The notes under the pieces were generated by a model. That model saw nothing but the letters and a program-made list of their open reading frames with translations. It made no database searches and was not told where the DNA came from. The translations under genes were made by a program, and so were the position numbers. 64,000 nucleotides of DNA from Candidatus Dormiibacterota bacterium. Lineage in GTDB: Bacteria > Verrucomicrobiota > Verrucomicrobiia > Chthoniobacterales > UBA10450. Position 1 is the stretch's first letter, and each line of letters opens with the position of its first letter. The stretch spans positions 511 through 64,510 of the forward strand of contig DATIOX010000232.1 in assembly GCA_035472675.1 (NCBI GenBank), written 5' to 3'. Shown here piece after piece: positions 8,439 to 17,022 of this stretch.

Positions 8439-9503
8439 GTGAAAGCAATTCACCTGCTGCTGGTGATTTGTGCCGTAACACTGCACGCACAAGACGTTCA
8501 TGTGGCGGTCCCGCCAGCTGGCAAACTCTATCACGGGTTGTATTGGGGCGGAGTTGGAACTGACGAGCACGACCCAACTGAGCACGACGTTGTGCCGAAT
8601 GATGTCGCGCAATATGAGCGGGCTGTTGGCAAACAAGCAGCGTGGATTTATTTCGCCAACAACTGGTTTGAATCGCGAAAATTTCCGGCTGCGATGTGCA
8701 GCTGGATCCGTGCTCTCAAAAAAGTTCCATACGTGCGGCTGATGCTTCGTTCGGATGTTGATCAGAAACATTCCGAGAAATTTTTTTCACTCAAAAAAAT
8801 CGTTGCTGGCGAATTCGATGACGATCTTCGCATATGGGCGCGCGACGCGAAAAAATTTGGCTCGGCGATTTTGGTTGAGTGGGGGACTGAGCCGAACGGA
8901 GACTGGTTCAGCTGGAACGGCAAGTGGAACGGTGGCCCCGGCGAGGGTCCAGCACTCTACGTCGTGGCGTACCGGCATATTGTCGATCTGATGCGTGCCG
9001 AGGGTGCGGATAATTTGCAATGGGTCTGGCATGTCAACTGGCTCGATGAGCCGGAGAAAGATTGGAATCGTTTCGAGAATTATTTTCCTGGCGAAGCCTA
9101 TTGCGACTGGGTCGCTCTCAGTGCCTATGGACCAACCACGCCTATGACAACGGACGGCACCGAGAGTTTGGCGTTTAAGATGCGCGAGGCCTATCCGCGT
9201 CTTGTGAAACTCGCGCCTGGCAAGCCGATCATCATCGCCGAGTTCGGTTGCGATCTGCACAATCGGCACGTTGACGCCGCAAACTGGGCCAAAGGGGCGC
9301 TTGAAGATATGTTCTCAAATCGATGGCCCGGCATAATCGGCTTCTGCTGGTGGAACGAAGGGTGGCAAAACGACGATCACAAGAGACATGACACCGACAT
9401 GATCATTCTCCACGATATTGATCTCACACGGGTGTTTCGAAGCGAATTCGACGCGCACGCTGAAAAAATTCAGGAGACTGCGGTGCTTGCGCCGCAGAGG
9501 TAG
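8439..9503 (+). CDS. glycoside hydrolase family 26-like (beta-mannanase-like), secreted
   Basis: The EPNGDWFSWNG and IIIAEFG segments resemble the GH26 acid/base and nucleophile regions. GTG 8439 gives the signal peptide VKAIHLLLVICAVTLHA. The ORF is open from 8370. Confidence 0.7.
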   Translation: MKAIHLLLVICAVTLHAQDVHVAVPPAGKLYHGLYWGGVGTDEHDPTEHDVVPNDVAQYERAVGKQAAWIYFANNWFESRKFPAAMCSWIRALKKVPYVRLMLRSDVDQKHSEKFFSLKKIVAGEFDDDLRIWARDAKKFGSAILVEWGTEPNGDWFSWNGKWNGGPGEGPALYVVAYRHIVDLMRAEGADNLQWVWHVNWLDEPEKDWNRFENYFPGEAYCDWVALSAYGPTTPMTTDGTESLAFKMREAYPRLVKLAPGKPIIIAEFGCDLHNRHVDAANWAKGALEDMFSNRWPGIIGFCWWNEGWQNDDHKRHDTDMIILHDIDLTRVFRSEFDAHAEKIQETAVLAPQR

Positions 9504-9530
9504 GGGCGCTTCACCCGAATCGCCCCTACC
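9499..9530. terminator. GC-rich hairpin ggtaggggcg/cgcccctacc overlapping the stop codon
   Basis: 10-bp perfect stem with a 12-nt loop. The TAG stop at 9501 lies inside the 5' arm. There is no U-tract. Confidence 0.4.
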
Positions 9531-9568
9531 TGACATGACAAGAATCGGAATGCGGCGCATAATTCCGC

Positions 9569-9979
9569 ATGGTCAAAGTTGAGATCACTTACACAGGCGA
9601 TTTGCATTGCGACGCTGAGCATGGTCCGTCGCGGGCGAAGATTTCCACTGACGCGCCGACCGATAACAAAGGCAAAGGTGAAGCGTTTTCGCCGACAGAC
9701 CTTGTCGCCACTGCGCTTGCCACGTGCATGACAACGACGATGGGAATCAAAGCACAGGAACTGGGTGTCGATCTGCGCGGCATGACTGTGTCAGTGCAAA
9801 AGGAAATGTCCAAGGACGCGCCGCGCCGGATCGTTGGATTACCTTCGAAAATACATATTCCGCTGCCGAAGGATCATCCGCAGCGCGAGGTACTGGAACA
9901 AACGGCGCTGAATTGCCCCGTTCACAAGAGTCTGCCGCCGGAAATCAATCGTCCAACAAAGTTCTTCTGGGAAGGGTGA
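9569..9979 (+). CDS. OsmC family protein
   Basis: 136 aa with FSPTDLVATALATCMTT and ALNCPVHKSL, which are characteristic of OsmC/Ohr-like proteins. Confidence 0.85.
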   Translation: MVKVEITYTGDLHCDAEHGPSRAKISTDAPTDNKGKGEAFSPTDLVATALATCMTTTMGIKAQELGVDLRGMTVSVQKEMSKDAPRRIVGLPSKIHIPLPKDHPQREVLEQTALNCPVHKSLPPEINRPTKFFWEG

Positions 9980-10070
9980 CGTGGGGTACGCGGACACGTC
10001 GGCGCTTTCAAAGCAGCGAAATGTCGCCGCCCTTTAAAAAAAGGCTGCTCGTGCTGAGGCAAAGATCGAC

Positions 10071-10550
10071 ATGGAAATTCGTAAAGCGGCCGAAGGAGAC
10101 ATTCCACATTTACTTCCGTTGATGCGTGAGCTAGCCGAGTTTGAGAAATATGCGGCAGATTTCGCTGTTACTGGAGCAGTGTTACGCGAACAGGGATTTC
10201 TCCGTTCGCCGCCGGATTTTCATTGTCTCATCGCTGAAGACAGCGGTGATTTGGTTGGATTTCTGGTTTACTATTTTGTTTCGTATACTTATCGGGCGAA
10301 GCCGAACTTGATCGTCAAGGAGCTCTACATTGCTGAACCGCATCGCGGAAGAGGCGCAGGCAAACTGCTGATGAAAGCTGTCGCAAAAGAAGCTGCGCTC
10401 ACCGGTTGCGGCATGATCAAATGGTGGGTCGCGAAATGGAATGAGCGCGGCATCAAGTTTTACGAGCGGCTTGGAGCTCACATCGACAACGATTGGCATG
10501 AATTCCAGTTGTCCGAAAAAGCGTTTCGCGATTTAGCCTCGTCCGGCTAG
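10071..10550 (+). CDS. GNAT family N-acetyltransferase
   Basis: 159 aa. Has the acetyl-CoA binding segment RGRGAGKLLM in the usual GNAT context. Confidence 0.85.
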   Translation: MEIRKAAEGDIPHLLPLMRELAEFEKYAADFAVTGAVLREQGFLRSPPDFHCLIAEDSGDLVGFLVYYFVSYTYRAKPNLIVKELYIAEPHRGRGAGKLLMKAVAKEAALTGCGMIKWWVAKWNERGIKFYERLGAHIDNDWHEFQLSEKAFRDLASSG

Positions 10551-10569
10551 CGAAACATCCCAGCGAATG

Positions 10570-10721
10570 AAGGTGGAACGCGTTGTCCTCAACGCGTTGG
10601 GAGCTTAATGCGGCCTAGCCGCCAAATTCTGTAGGCCGCGAACGTGGCGATGCGAACCGATTTGGCCTTCGGCGATATTTGCCATCGTCTTCGGAGAAGC
10701 CGATCCGCCGTTGCGCTAAGC
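10570..10721. repeat. intergenic repeat A, copy 2
   Basis: Second copy of the element at 7777..7903, carrying an extra ~25-nt insert. It also lies between convergent genes. Confidence 0.7.
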
Positions 10722-10733
10722 GGGAAACGCGCG

Positions 10734-11693
10734 CTACCGCGGATAAAGCCACTCCATGTAATCGCGCAGACCGTCTTCCAGCGGAAACCGCGGCTCGTAC
10801 CCGAGCGCGCTGCGTGCATTCGTGAGATCGGCTTGGGTGAAGTTTTGATAATGCGCGTGCGGATTATCGATGTAATCGGGTTGAAAACTTGTGCCCAGAC
10901 ATTTGTTCAAAACGTCGACTAGCTCGTTAAACGAGCGCGACTGGCCTGAGCCAAGATTATAAATTCCGCTGCCGCGTGCATCGAGCGCGCGAATGCTCCC
11001 TTCGACGACGTCCTTCACGTACACAAAATCCCGTTGCTGCTCGCCATGCTTAAAGATGCGCGGTCGCTGCCCTGCCTTTATTTGCCGCGACAAATGATAA
11101 ACCATACTGGCGGGCACGCCCTTGTGTGCTTCGCGCGGTCCATAAACGTTGAAGTAACGCAAGCCTACGATGATCCAATCAGGCAACTCGGCGGCAGCGC
11201 GCCTGGCGATATTGTCCATAATCACCTTGGAAAACGCGTAAACGTTTGCTGGCGAAGCGCCAGTTGATTCTACACTCGCCTCAGTCGCGGGGCCATAGGT
11301 CGCCGCCGAAGAAGCGTAGACAATTCGTGTCTTCGTCGGACGCGCAAAATTTAGGATCCGCCGGAAACTTTCCACGTTGTCGTGCACTTGCTCAAACTGG
11401 TCGTGGTTCGTTGTGTCTGTGATTGATGCGAGGTGAAAAATGGCGTCGAACTTTTGATCGCCGAATTGGTCGTGCCAATCGAGATTCGCCAGATTTTGCG
11501 CCACGAAATCGCCGCGATATCCGGCGAGATTTTTGAAATCACCCGACCGAAAATCATCGATGACCGTGAGAGTGGCGTCTCGGAATTTTTCCTGTAGAGC
11601 AAGCGCGAGATTCGAGCCGATGAAACCGGCGCCGCCAGTGACAACAAGATTGAGGGACGAGTGCAATTTTGAAAATAAGAATTGGCGAGACAT
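10734..11693 (-). CDS. NAD-dependent epimerase/dehydratase (ADP-glyceromanno-heptose 6-epimerase-like)
   Basis: VTGGAGFIGSN Rossmann motif, YASSAATYG and YAFSK catalytic region, with HldD-like length and layout. ATG at 11693. Confidence 0.8.
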   Translation of the reverse strand: MSRQFLFSKLHSSLNLVVTGGAGFIGSNLALALQEKFRDATLTVIDDFRSGDFKNLAGYRGDFVAQNLANLDWHDQFGDQKFDAIFHLASITDTTNHDQFEQVHDNVESFRRILNFARPTKTRIVYASSAATYGPATEASVESTGASPANVYAFSKVIMDNIARRAAAELPDWIIVGLRYFNVYGPREAHKGVPASMVYHLSRQIKAGQRPRIFKHGEQQRDFVYVKDVVEGSIRALDARGSGIYNLGSGQSRSFNELVDVLNKCLGTSFQPDYIDNPHAHYQNFTQADLTNARSALGYEPRFPLEDGLRDYMEWLYPR

Positions 11694-11743
11694 AGATAAA
11701 TCCTGGACGAGCGAGCGCAAGCGGCGAGTTAGAGTACACAAAA

Positions 11744-12466
11744 ATGGAGTTCGAAACGCGTTACACATACGATTTCATCAAGCGATTCCTTCCGCCGGGT
11801 GGCCATCGAATTTTGGAGGTTGGTTGTGGGGCGGGCGAGGTGGCGGCGTGCCTGACGGGGGATGGGTATGCGGTCATCGCAATCGACAGCGACCGTGATT
11901 CTGTCGCCGCCGCTCGTCAGCTCGGCGTGAATGCGCGCGTTGCTAGATGGCCTGATTTTGATGAAGGCCATTTTGATGCAGTCCTGTTCATTCGCTCGCT
12001 TCACCACATTCATCCACTCGACGAATCGGCAAGACACGCGGCGGATAGCCTGGTCGAGGGCGGACTGATCATCGTCGAGGATTTCGCTTATGAATCCACG
12101 GATGAAAAAACATTGCACTGGTTTAGCACCGCGATCCGTTTGATTGAAGCGACCGGTTTGCTGCTAGTGAGCGACGAGTTTCAACACAGGGTACTATCAA
12201 AAACGGAGACACTGAAAGCGTGGCGACAAAGTCACGAGCAAGAATTACACACAGCCGCGGAGATCGATGCGCAGCTTAAAAAAGTGTCACGCCGCGTCAT
12301 CAGAGAGAGCGCGGCGTATTATTTTCGGTACATCGCCAGCGCGATCACTGCGGTGGAGAAACGCGATGCGATCCTTCAAGCTTTCGCCGAACAGGAAGTA
12401 ATGCTGGCGGCCAACGGCTCGATTATTGGACTTGGTCGGCGGTTTGTCGTGACGCGAGCTGGATAA
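11744..12466 (+). CDS. class I SAM-dependent methyltransferase
   Basis: ILEVGCGAGEVA motif I followed by AIDSD. 240 aa. Confidence 0.8.
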   Translation: MEFETRYTYDFIKRFLPPGGHRILEVGCGAGEVAACLTGDGYAVIAIDSDRDSVAAARQLGVNARVARWPDFDEGHFDAVLFIRSLHHIHPLDESARHAADSLVEGGLIIVEDFAYESTDEKTLHWFSTAIRLIEATGLLLVSDEFQHRVLSKTETLKAWRQSHEQELHTAAEIDAQLKKVSRRVIRESAAYYFRYIASAITAVEKRDAILQAFAEQEVMLAANGSIIGLGRRFVVTRAG

Positions 12467-12538
12467 CTGCGAAAAAAGTCTTGCAGCGGCGAGCGCAAGC
12501 CGCTACTTCTCGATCCAGTTCTTTGCGAGCTTGGAAAA

Positions 12539-12708
12539 GTGGATCGGCGCAAGAAATCCCGTGCGAATCGGGAGCAGTTGCGCTGCTGTAACTGGATACG
12601 ACTTCCCAATGGGCCAATCCTCGACAATTCGGGGGTGAAGGCGGGAAGAAGGTGATTCCGAAAGGGATCGGAACATACGCCAGGAGCCAGAATATTTGTC
12701 CGGTCCAC
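12539..12708 (+). promoter_or_regulatory. cobalamin (B12) riboswitch aptamer
   Basis: The core gaaatcccgtgcgaatcgggagcagttgcgctgctgtaactgg closely parallels the E. coli btuB leader GAAUCCAGUGCGAAUCUGGAGCUGACGCGCAGCGGUAAGG. Further elements are gcgggaagaagg and a B12-box-like gccaggagcc. The P1 helix pairs gtggatcgg (12539-12547) with ccggtccac (12700-12708). It lies upstream of a BtuB-like receptor. Confidence 0.65.
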
Positions 12709-12909
12709 CTCATTCGTGCTGTAGCCGCCTCGTTGTGTCGGGGCGTTTCACTGCACGGCGACACAGCGCCGTGGCTACAGATCGAAAAAACTTCTTCGCA
12801 AAAAGAAGAATGAGAGCTGGACGATCCGGCCTGTTGTGTCGGCGGTCTATGACCGCCGAAGCGATGTGAGTCTAACAAGTCCAACTCTCGGAGTTGGAGG
12901 AAACTTGTT

Positions 12910-14934
12910 ATGCAAAATCGTCCAGTTTGGTTTATTCCGGGTAGAGCATCCGTCTCGAATGCTGGCGAGCGGGTCTCGCGCTCGCGAACTTCTCTTGCAG
13001 CATCCCAGGATCCACAGTCCACTTTCTTAGAAGAGACTCTTCCCGCGAGAGTCCTGTGTGGCGCAATCCGATTCGCCGCGCTTCTCATCTTCGCGCCGCT
13101 CGTTTGCTTTGGCCAGGCAGCGTCACCGACTCCTTCACCAAGCGAAACGGAAGCCGAGCCGATCGTCGTGACTGCAACGCGTTTCGACATTCCACTTGAT
13201 CTGTCGCCAGCCAGCGTGAGCGTGATTAACTCGGAAGATTTTGAGCAAAAACAAATTGAGCGCGTAAGCGACGCGCTCCGTGAAGTGCCTGGCCTGTCCG
13301 TCGTTCAAACCGGAACAGCTGGCCAGTTGACCTCGGTGTTTACTCGCGGATTGCGCAGCGAACACACGCAGGTCTTGCTCGACGGCATCCCGATCAATCA
13401 AGGTTTGTCGGGCGCGTTTAATTTCGCTGATCTGACCGTCGATGATATCGACAGGATCGAAGTAGTGCGCGGGCCGCAGAGCACCTTGTACGGACCGCGT
13501 GCCCTCGCAGGCGTTATCCAGATTTTTACCAAACAAGGCACAGGAACGCCAGGAGCGATGGTCGCCGCCGAAGGCGGATCGTACGACGCTTTCCGCGAAT
13601 GGGGCGAGAGCGACGGCAAGATCGGCGACTTCGATTATTCAGTCGGCGCAAGCCGCCTCGACACAGACAATGCGCGTCCGAACAATAATTACCGCAACAC
13701 CGCTGCGATTACTGACGTTGGCTGGTCGCCTAGCGAACAATTGCGGATCGGCAGCTTGTTCACTTACTCGGTTAGCGACACTGGAAATCCAAACACGATC
13801 TTCGATCCGCGTCCCATTGATCACTTTCTTACGGAGCGTTGGTTAATCGGGCCTCATATCGATTGGAAGCCAGCTGACTGGTGGGACCACAAATTTATTT
13901 TCAGTTACGATCACGAGCGGCAACTGAACGATCCGAACCAGGACGGGTTTGTCGGTCCAACTCGGGCCCTCTTCGAACGGACGCAAATTGATTATCAAAA
14001 TAATTTGCGCCCAACCTCGTGGCTAACGCTCACCTCCGGCTTTTTTTACAGCCGCGTTAACGCGGGACAGGAGCGCCCATTTGTTCTACAGATTTTCGGA
14101 CCGCAACCAACGTTTGTAAGCGATCACACCGAAGAGATCGCCGGATTCTTGCAGGCGACGCTGACGCCAATTGAGAATTTGATCTTTGTCGCCGGCGGCC
14201 GCTTCGATCACTTCAATCAGTTCGGCGGCATCTGGACTTATCGCGTCGCTGGCAGTTACAAGATCGACAGGACAAACACAATTTTGCACTCCAGTGTGGC
14301 GACCGGGTTCAGTCCGCCAAGCAGTCAGGACAAAATTTTCGGGAATAATTTCGGCCTCAAACCCGAGCGAGACCTGGGCTGGGACATCGGGGTCAGGCAG
14401 GAACTCTGGCAAAACCGCGTTGGCATCGGCCTAACCTATTTTCACAACGACCTGTCGAACGCGATTGGGTCCAATGGCCTTTTTCAGACGCTGAACCTCG
14501 GCGCGGCAGAAACCCAAGGCCTGGAAGCCGAACTGCGCGCGGAGCCGATCACGAATCTTCTGTTCACGGCGAGCTATACATACTTAGACGCAAAGAACAC
14601 TTCCTCGGAAGACATTTCACAACAACAAGGCGCGCGTTTGCCGCGGCGGCCGCGCAACGAAGTTTACGTTTCGGCTTCATATCTTTGGTGGAAAAAACTG
14701 CGCACTGTGGTCGAAGCAAAGTTCGTAAATGCGCGAGAGGAACTAAACTTCGGAGGCCCAAACTTTGACATCGAGGACTACAGCTTCGTGAATATTGCAG
14801 CGGAGTACGAAGTGAACCCACATGTGTCGATCTTTGGCCGGATCGACAATCTCGCGAACGAACATTATTCGGAGGTGTTCGGTTTTCCCGCCCTCGGCCG
14901 CGCCGCGTATGGCGGCGTGAAGGTGCGGTTTTAG
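12910..14934 (+). CDS. btuB: TonB-dependent receptor, vitamin B12 transporter-like
   Basis: Has a plug domain (IVVTATR, DALREVPGLSVVQTG, IEVVRGPQSTLYG), a beta-barrel and a C-terminal ...GGVKVRF. It is preceded by the cobalamin riboswitch. Confidence 0.88.
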   Translation: MQNRPVWFIPGRASVSNAGERVSRSRTSLAASQDPQSTFLEETLPARVLCGAIRFAALLIFAPLVCFGQAASPTPSPSETEAEPIVVTATRFDIPLDLSPASVSVINSEDFEQKQIERVSDALREVPGLSVVQTGTAGQLTSVFTRGLRSEHTQVLLDGIPINQGLSGAFNFADLTVDDIDRIEVVRGPQSTLYGPRALAGVIQIFTKQGTGTPGAMVAAEGGSYDAFREWGESDGKIGDFDYSVGASRLDTDNARPNNNYRNTAAITDVGWSPSEQLRIGSLFTYSVSDTGNPNTIFDPRPIDHFLTERWLIGPHIDWKPADWWDHKFIFSYDHERQLNDPNQDGFVGPTRALFERTQIDYQNNLRPTSWLTLTSGFFYSRVNAGQERPFVLQIFGPQPTFVSDHTEEIAGFLQATLTPIENLIFVAGGRFDHFNQFGGIWTYRVAGSYKIDRTNTILHSSVATGFSPPSSQDKIFGNNFGLKPERDLGWDIGVRQELWQNRVGIGLTYFHNDLSNAIGSNGLFQTLNLGAAETQGLEAELRAEPITNLLFTASYTYLDAKNTSSEDISQQQGARLPRRPRNEVYVSASYLWWKKLRTVVEAKFVNAREELNFGGPNFDIEDYSFVNIAAEYEVNPHVSIFGRIDNLANEHYSEVFGFPALGRAAYGGVKVRF

Positions 14935-15006
14935 TCGCTCTTGTCATTCCGAGCGAAGTCGAGGAATCTCTTGATGGTTAACATCACGGGGATTTCACCG
15001 CGGACA

Positions 15007-16221
15007 ATGAACGTTCTTTACCTCGTCATCGGCGCGCTTGCAGCGGGCCTGCTTGTCGCAATCGTCTTGCTGCTGGGACGGCGCGGCGCATCTGAGGCTG
15101 GGGCGATTGCCGGAAAGATCGACTTACTCGAACGCGCCCAGGAGCGAAGCGAGCGGATGCTTCGCGAGGAGATGGCACGCAGCCGCGAAGAGGGTGCGAA
15201 TATCGCAAAAGCGCAGCGCGAAGAATTGACGAAGTCTCTCGAAGGCGTGCGATCAATTGTCGATCTGCGCTTGAAACAATTACAGGAGGACAACGGAAAG
15301 CAGATCGACAAAATGCGCGCGACTGTCGATGAGAAATTGCAGGGCACGCTCGAAAAGCGCCTCGGGGAATCGTTCAAGCTGGTGAGCGATCGGCTTGAGC
15401 AGGTGCATCAGGGTCTCGGCGCAATGCAGCAACTGGCCAGCGACGTGGGCGGATTGCAACGCGTGCTCACGAACGTGAAAACGCGCGGCGGTTGGAGTGA
15501 ATGGCAGCTCGGCGTCTTGTTGGAAGAAATGCTGACGCCCGAGCAGTTCGCCAAGAACATGAAGACGCGCGATGACACCGATGAGCGCGTTGAGTTTGCG
15601 ATCAAATTGCCCGGCGACGAGAACGGCGCGCCCGTATGGCTGCCAATCGACGCTAAATTTCCGATGGAACATTATGAGCGATTGACGACGGCACAGGAAA
15701 ATGGCGATCCGACAGCGGTGGAAGCGGCGATAAAGACTCTGGAGACGCAGTTGAAGCGCTGCGCAAAGGACATTTGTGAGAAATATATCAATCCGCCAAA
15801 GACGACCGATTTTGCGCTGTTATTTCTGCCGAGTGAAGGTCTTTACGCGGAAGCGATTCGTCGTGTGGGGTTGGTCCAAAACGTTCAGCGCGATTGCCGC
15901 GTCACGTTCGTAGGGCCGACTACTCTGGCCGCATTACTTAACAGTTTGCAAATGGGTTTTCGCACGCTGGCGATTCAAAAACGTTCAAGTGAAGTCTGGA
16001 ACTTGCTGGCATCGGTGAAAACAGAGTTCGGAAAATTCGGCGAAGCATTAACGGCCGTGAAAGAGAAGATCGACCAAGCTTCGCGAAAGATGGAAGACGT
16101 CGATGTTCGCTCGCGTGTTATCACGAAAAAATTGCGCGACGTAGAGGAATTGCCCTCCAATCCACAGCCGATGCTGAGGAACCTGTTGCCAGGCGAGAAT
16201 GACGACGGCCGGGCTGATTAA
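15007..16221 (+). CDS. rmuC: DNA recombination protein RmuC
   Basis: N-terminal TM helix, a long coiled coil, and a conserved C-terminal nuclease-like region (FALLFLPSEGLYAEA). ATG at 15007. The upstream part of the ORF (from 14941) is a repeat-like hairpin. Confidence 0.85.
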   Translation: MNVLYLVIGALAAGLLVAIVLLLGRRGASEAGAIAGKIDLLERAQERSERMLREEMARSREEGANIAKAQREELTKSLEGVRSIVDLRLKQLQEDNGKQIDKMRATVDEKLQGTLEKRLGESFKLVSDRLEQVHQGLGAMQQLASDVGGLQRVLTNVKTRGGWSEWQLGVLLEEMLTPEQFAKNMKTRDDTDERVEFAIKLPGDENGAPVWLPIDAKFPMEHYERLTTAQENGDPTAVEAAIKTLETQLKRCAKDICEKYINPPKTTDFALLFLPSEGLYAEAIRRVGLVQNVQRDCRVTFVGPTTLAALLNSLQMGFRTLAIQKRSSEVWNLLASVKTEFGKFGEALTAVKEKIDQASRKMEDVDVRSRVITKKLRDVEELPSNPQPMLRNLLPGENDDGRAD

Positions 16222-16240
16222 AGTTATCGAATCGCCACCA

Positions 16241-16933
16241 ATGAAGACGGTATTGATCACGGGAGCGAACAAGGGGATTGGCTATGAAGTCGCGCGTCAG
16301 CTCGCGGGAAAGCGATTTCACGTCTTCATCGGCGCCCGCAATCAGGACGCCGGTCGCAAAGCGGCGGATGAGATCGCGAAGACAGGCGGGAAAGCGACGT
16401 TTCTGGAGATCGATGTCGCAGATAATGCGAGCGTCACCGGTGCCGCGCGCGAGTTTGCCAAAGCTGCGGATCACTTGGACGTGCTCGTCAATAACGCGGG
16501 GATCATTGTTGACGGAGACAATGCAATCCTTGAGATCAGCGACGAGCTATTGCGAAAGACACTTGAGACAAATACGCTCGGCGCGCTGCGCGTGACACGC
16601 GCGTTCGTGTCTTTGCTCAGCAAAAGCAAATCGCCGCGCGTGATCAACGTTTCCAGTGGCGGCGGGCAGTTAACCGGCGGAGCTGATGGTTGGTCGCCAG
16701 CTTATTGTATTTCGAAAACTGCACTCAACGGCGTGACATCGCAGCTCGCCACTGCATTGCCGAAATTTGCCGTGAATTCCGTTTGCCCCGGGTGGGTACG
16801 AACGGATATGGGCGGCCAGGGCGCTACCCGCTCAGTGGAGGAAGGCGCGGAGACGATTGTATGGCTTGCTGCCGATGCGCCTCAGAAGCTGACTGGAAAA
16901 TTTTTGCGTGATCGGAAAGAGATTCCGTGGTGA
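16241..16933 (+). CDS. SDR family oxidoreductase
   Basis: MKTVLITGANKGIGYE (TGxxxGIG), NNAG and YCISK catalytic motifs. Confidence 0.85.
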   Translation: MKTVLITGANKGIGYEVARQLAGKRFHVFIGARNQDAGRKAADEIAKTGGKATFLEIDVADNASVTGAAREFAKAADHLDVLVNNAGIIVDGDNAILEISDELLRKTLETNTLGALRVTRAFVSLLSKSKSPRVINVSSGGGQLTGGADGWSPAYCISKTALNGVTSQLATALPKFAVNSVCPGWVRTDMGGQGATRSVEEGAETIVWLAADAPQKLTGKFLRDRKEIPW

Positions 16934-17022
16934 AGAGTTAAAAGAGTACAAAGTTTAAAGAGTTAAAAGGGAGGTCCTTGCTTAGCGGCCAAACTTTGTA
17001 GCTTTTTAACTTTTACCTTTGT
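16933..17022. repeat. AT-rich word-built hairpin between convergent genes
   Basis: tacaaagttt (16947-16956) pairs perfectly with aaactttgta (16991-17000). The arms extend through agttaaaag / cttttaac-type words. Confidence 0.4.

Noticed and set aside
10589-10819. Calling repeat A a pseudogene of a four-helix-bundle (23S rRNA intervening-sequence type) protein.
   Set aside because: The only support is an NIAEG-like pentapeptide in one frame of one copy. That is insufficient for a feature call, so it is mentioned only as a possibility.
12640-12840. A possible second (tandem) cobalamin aptamer, suggested by gggaagaaggtgattccg and a B12-box-like gagctggacgatccggcc.
   Set aside because: The first element falls inside the P1-closed aptamer, where the conserved GGGAAG normally sits. 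The remaining pieces lack the GUGCGAAUC/GCUGUAA core. They are better explained as aptamer 3' half plus expression platform.
12423-13190. 255-aa minus-strand ORF spanning the methyltransferase-btuB intergenic region.
   Set aside because: It overlaps the cobalamin riboswitch and the btuB 5' end. Its composition is Arg/Ser/Ala-rich and typical of antisense or non-coding frames in GC-rich DNA, and it carries no motif.
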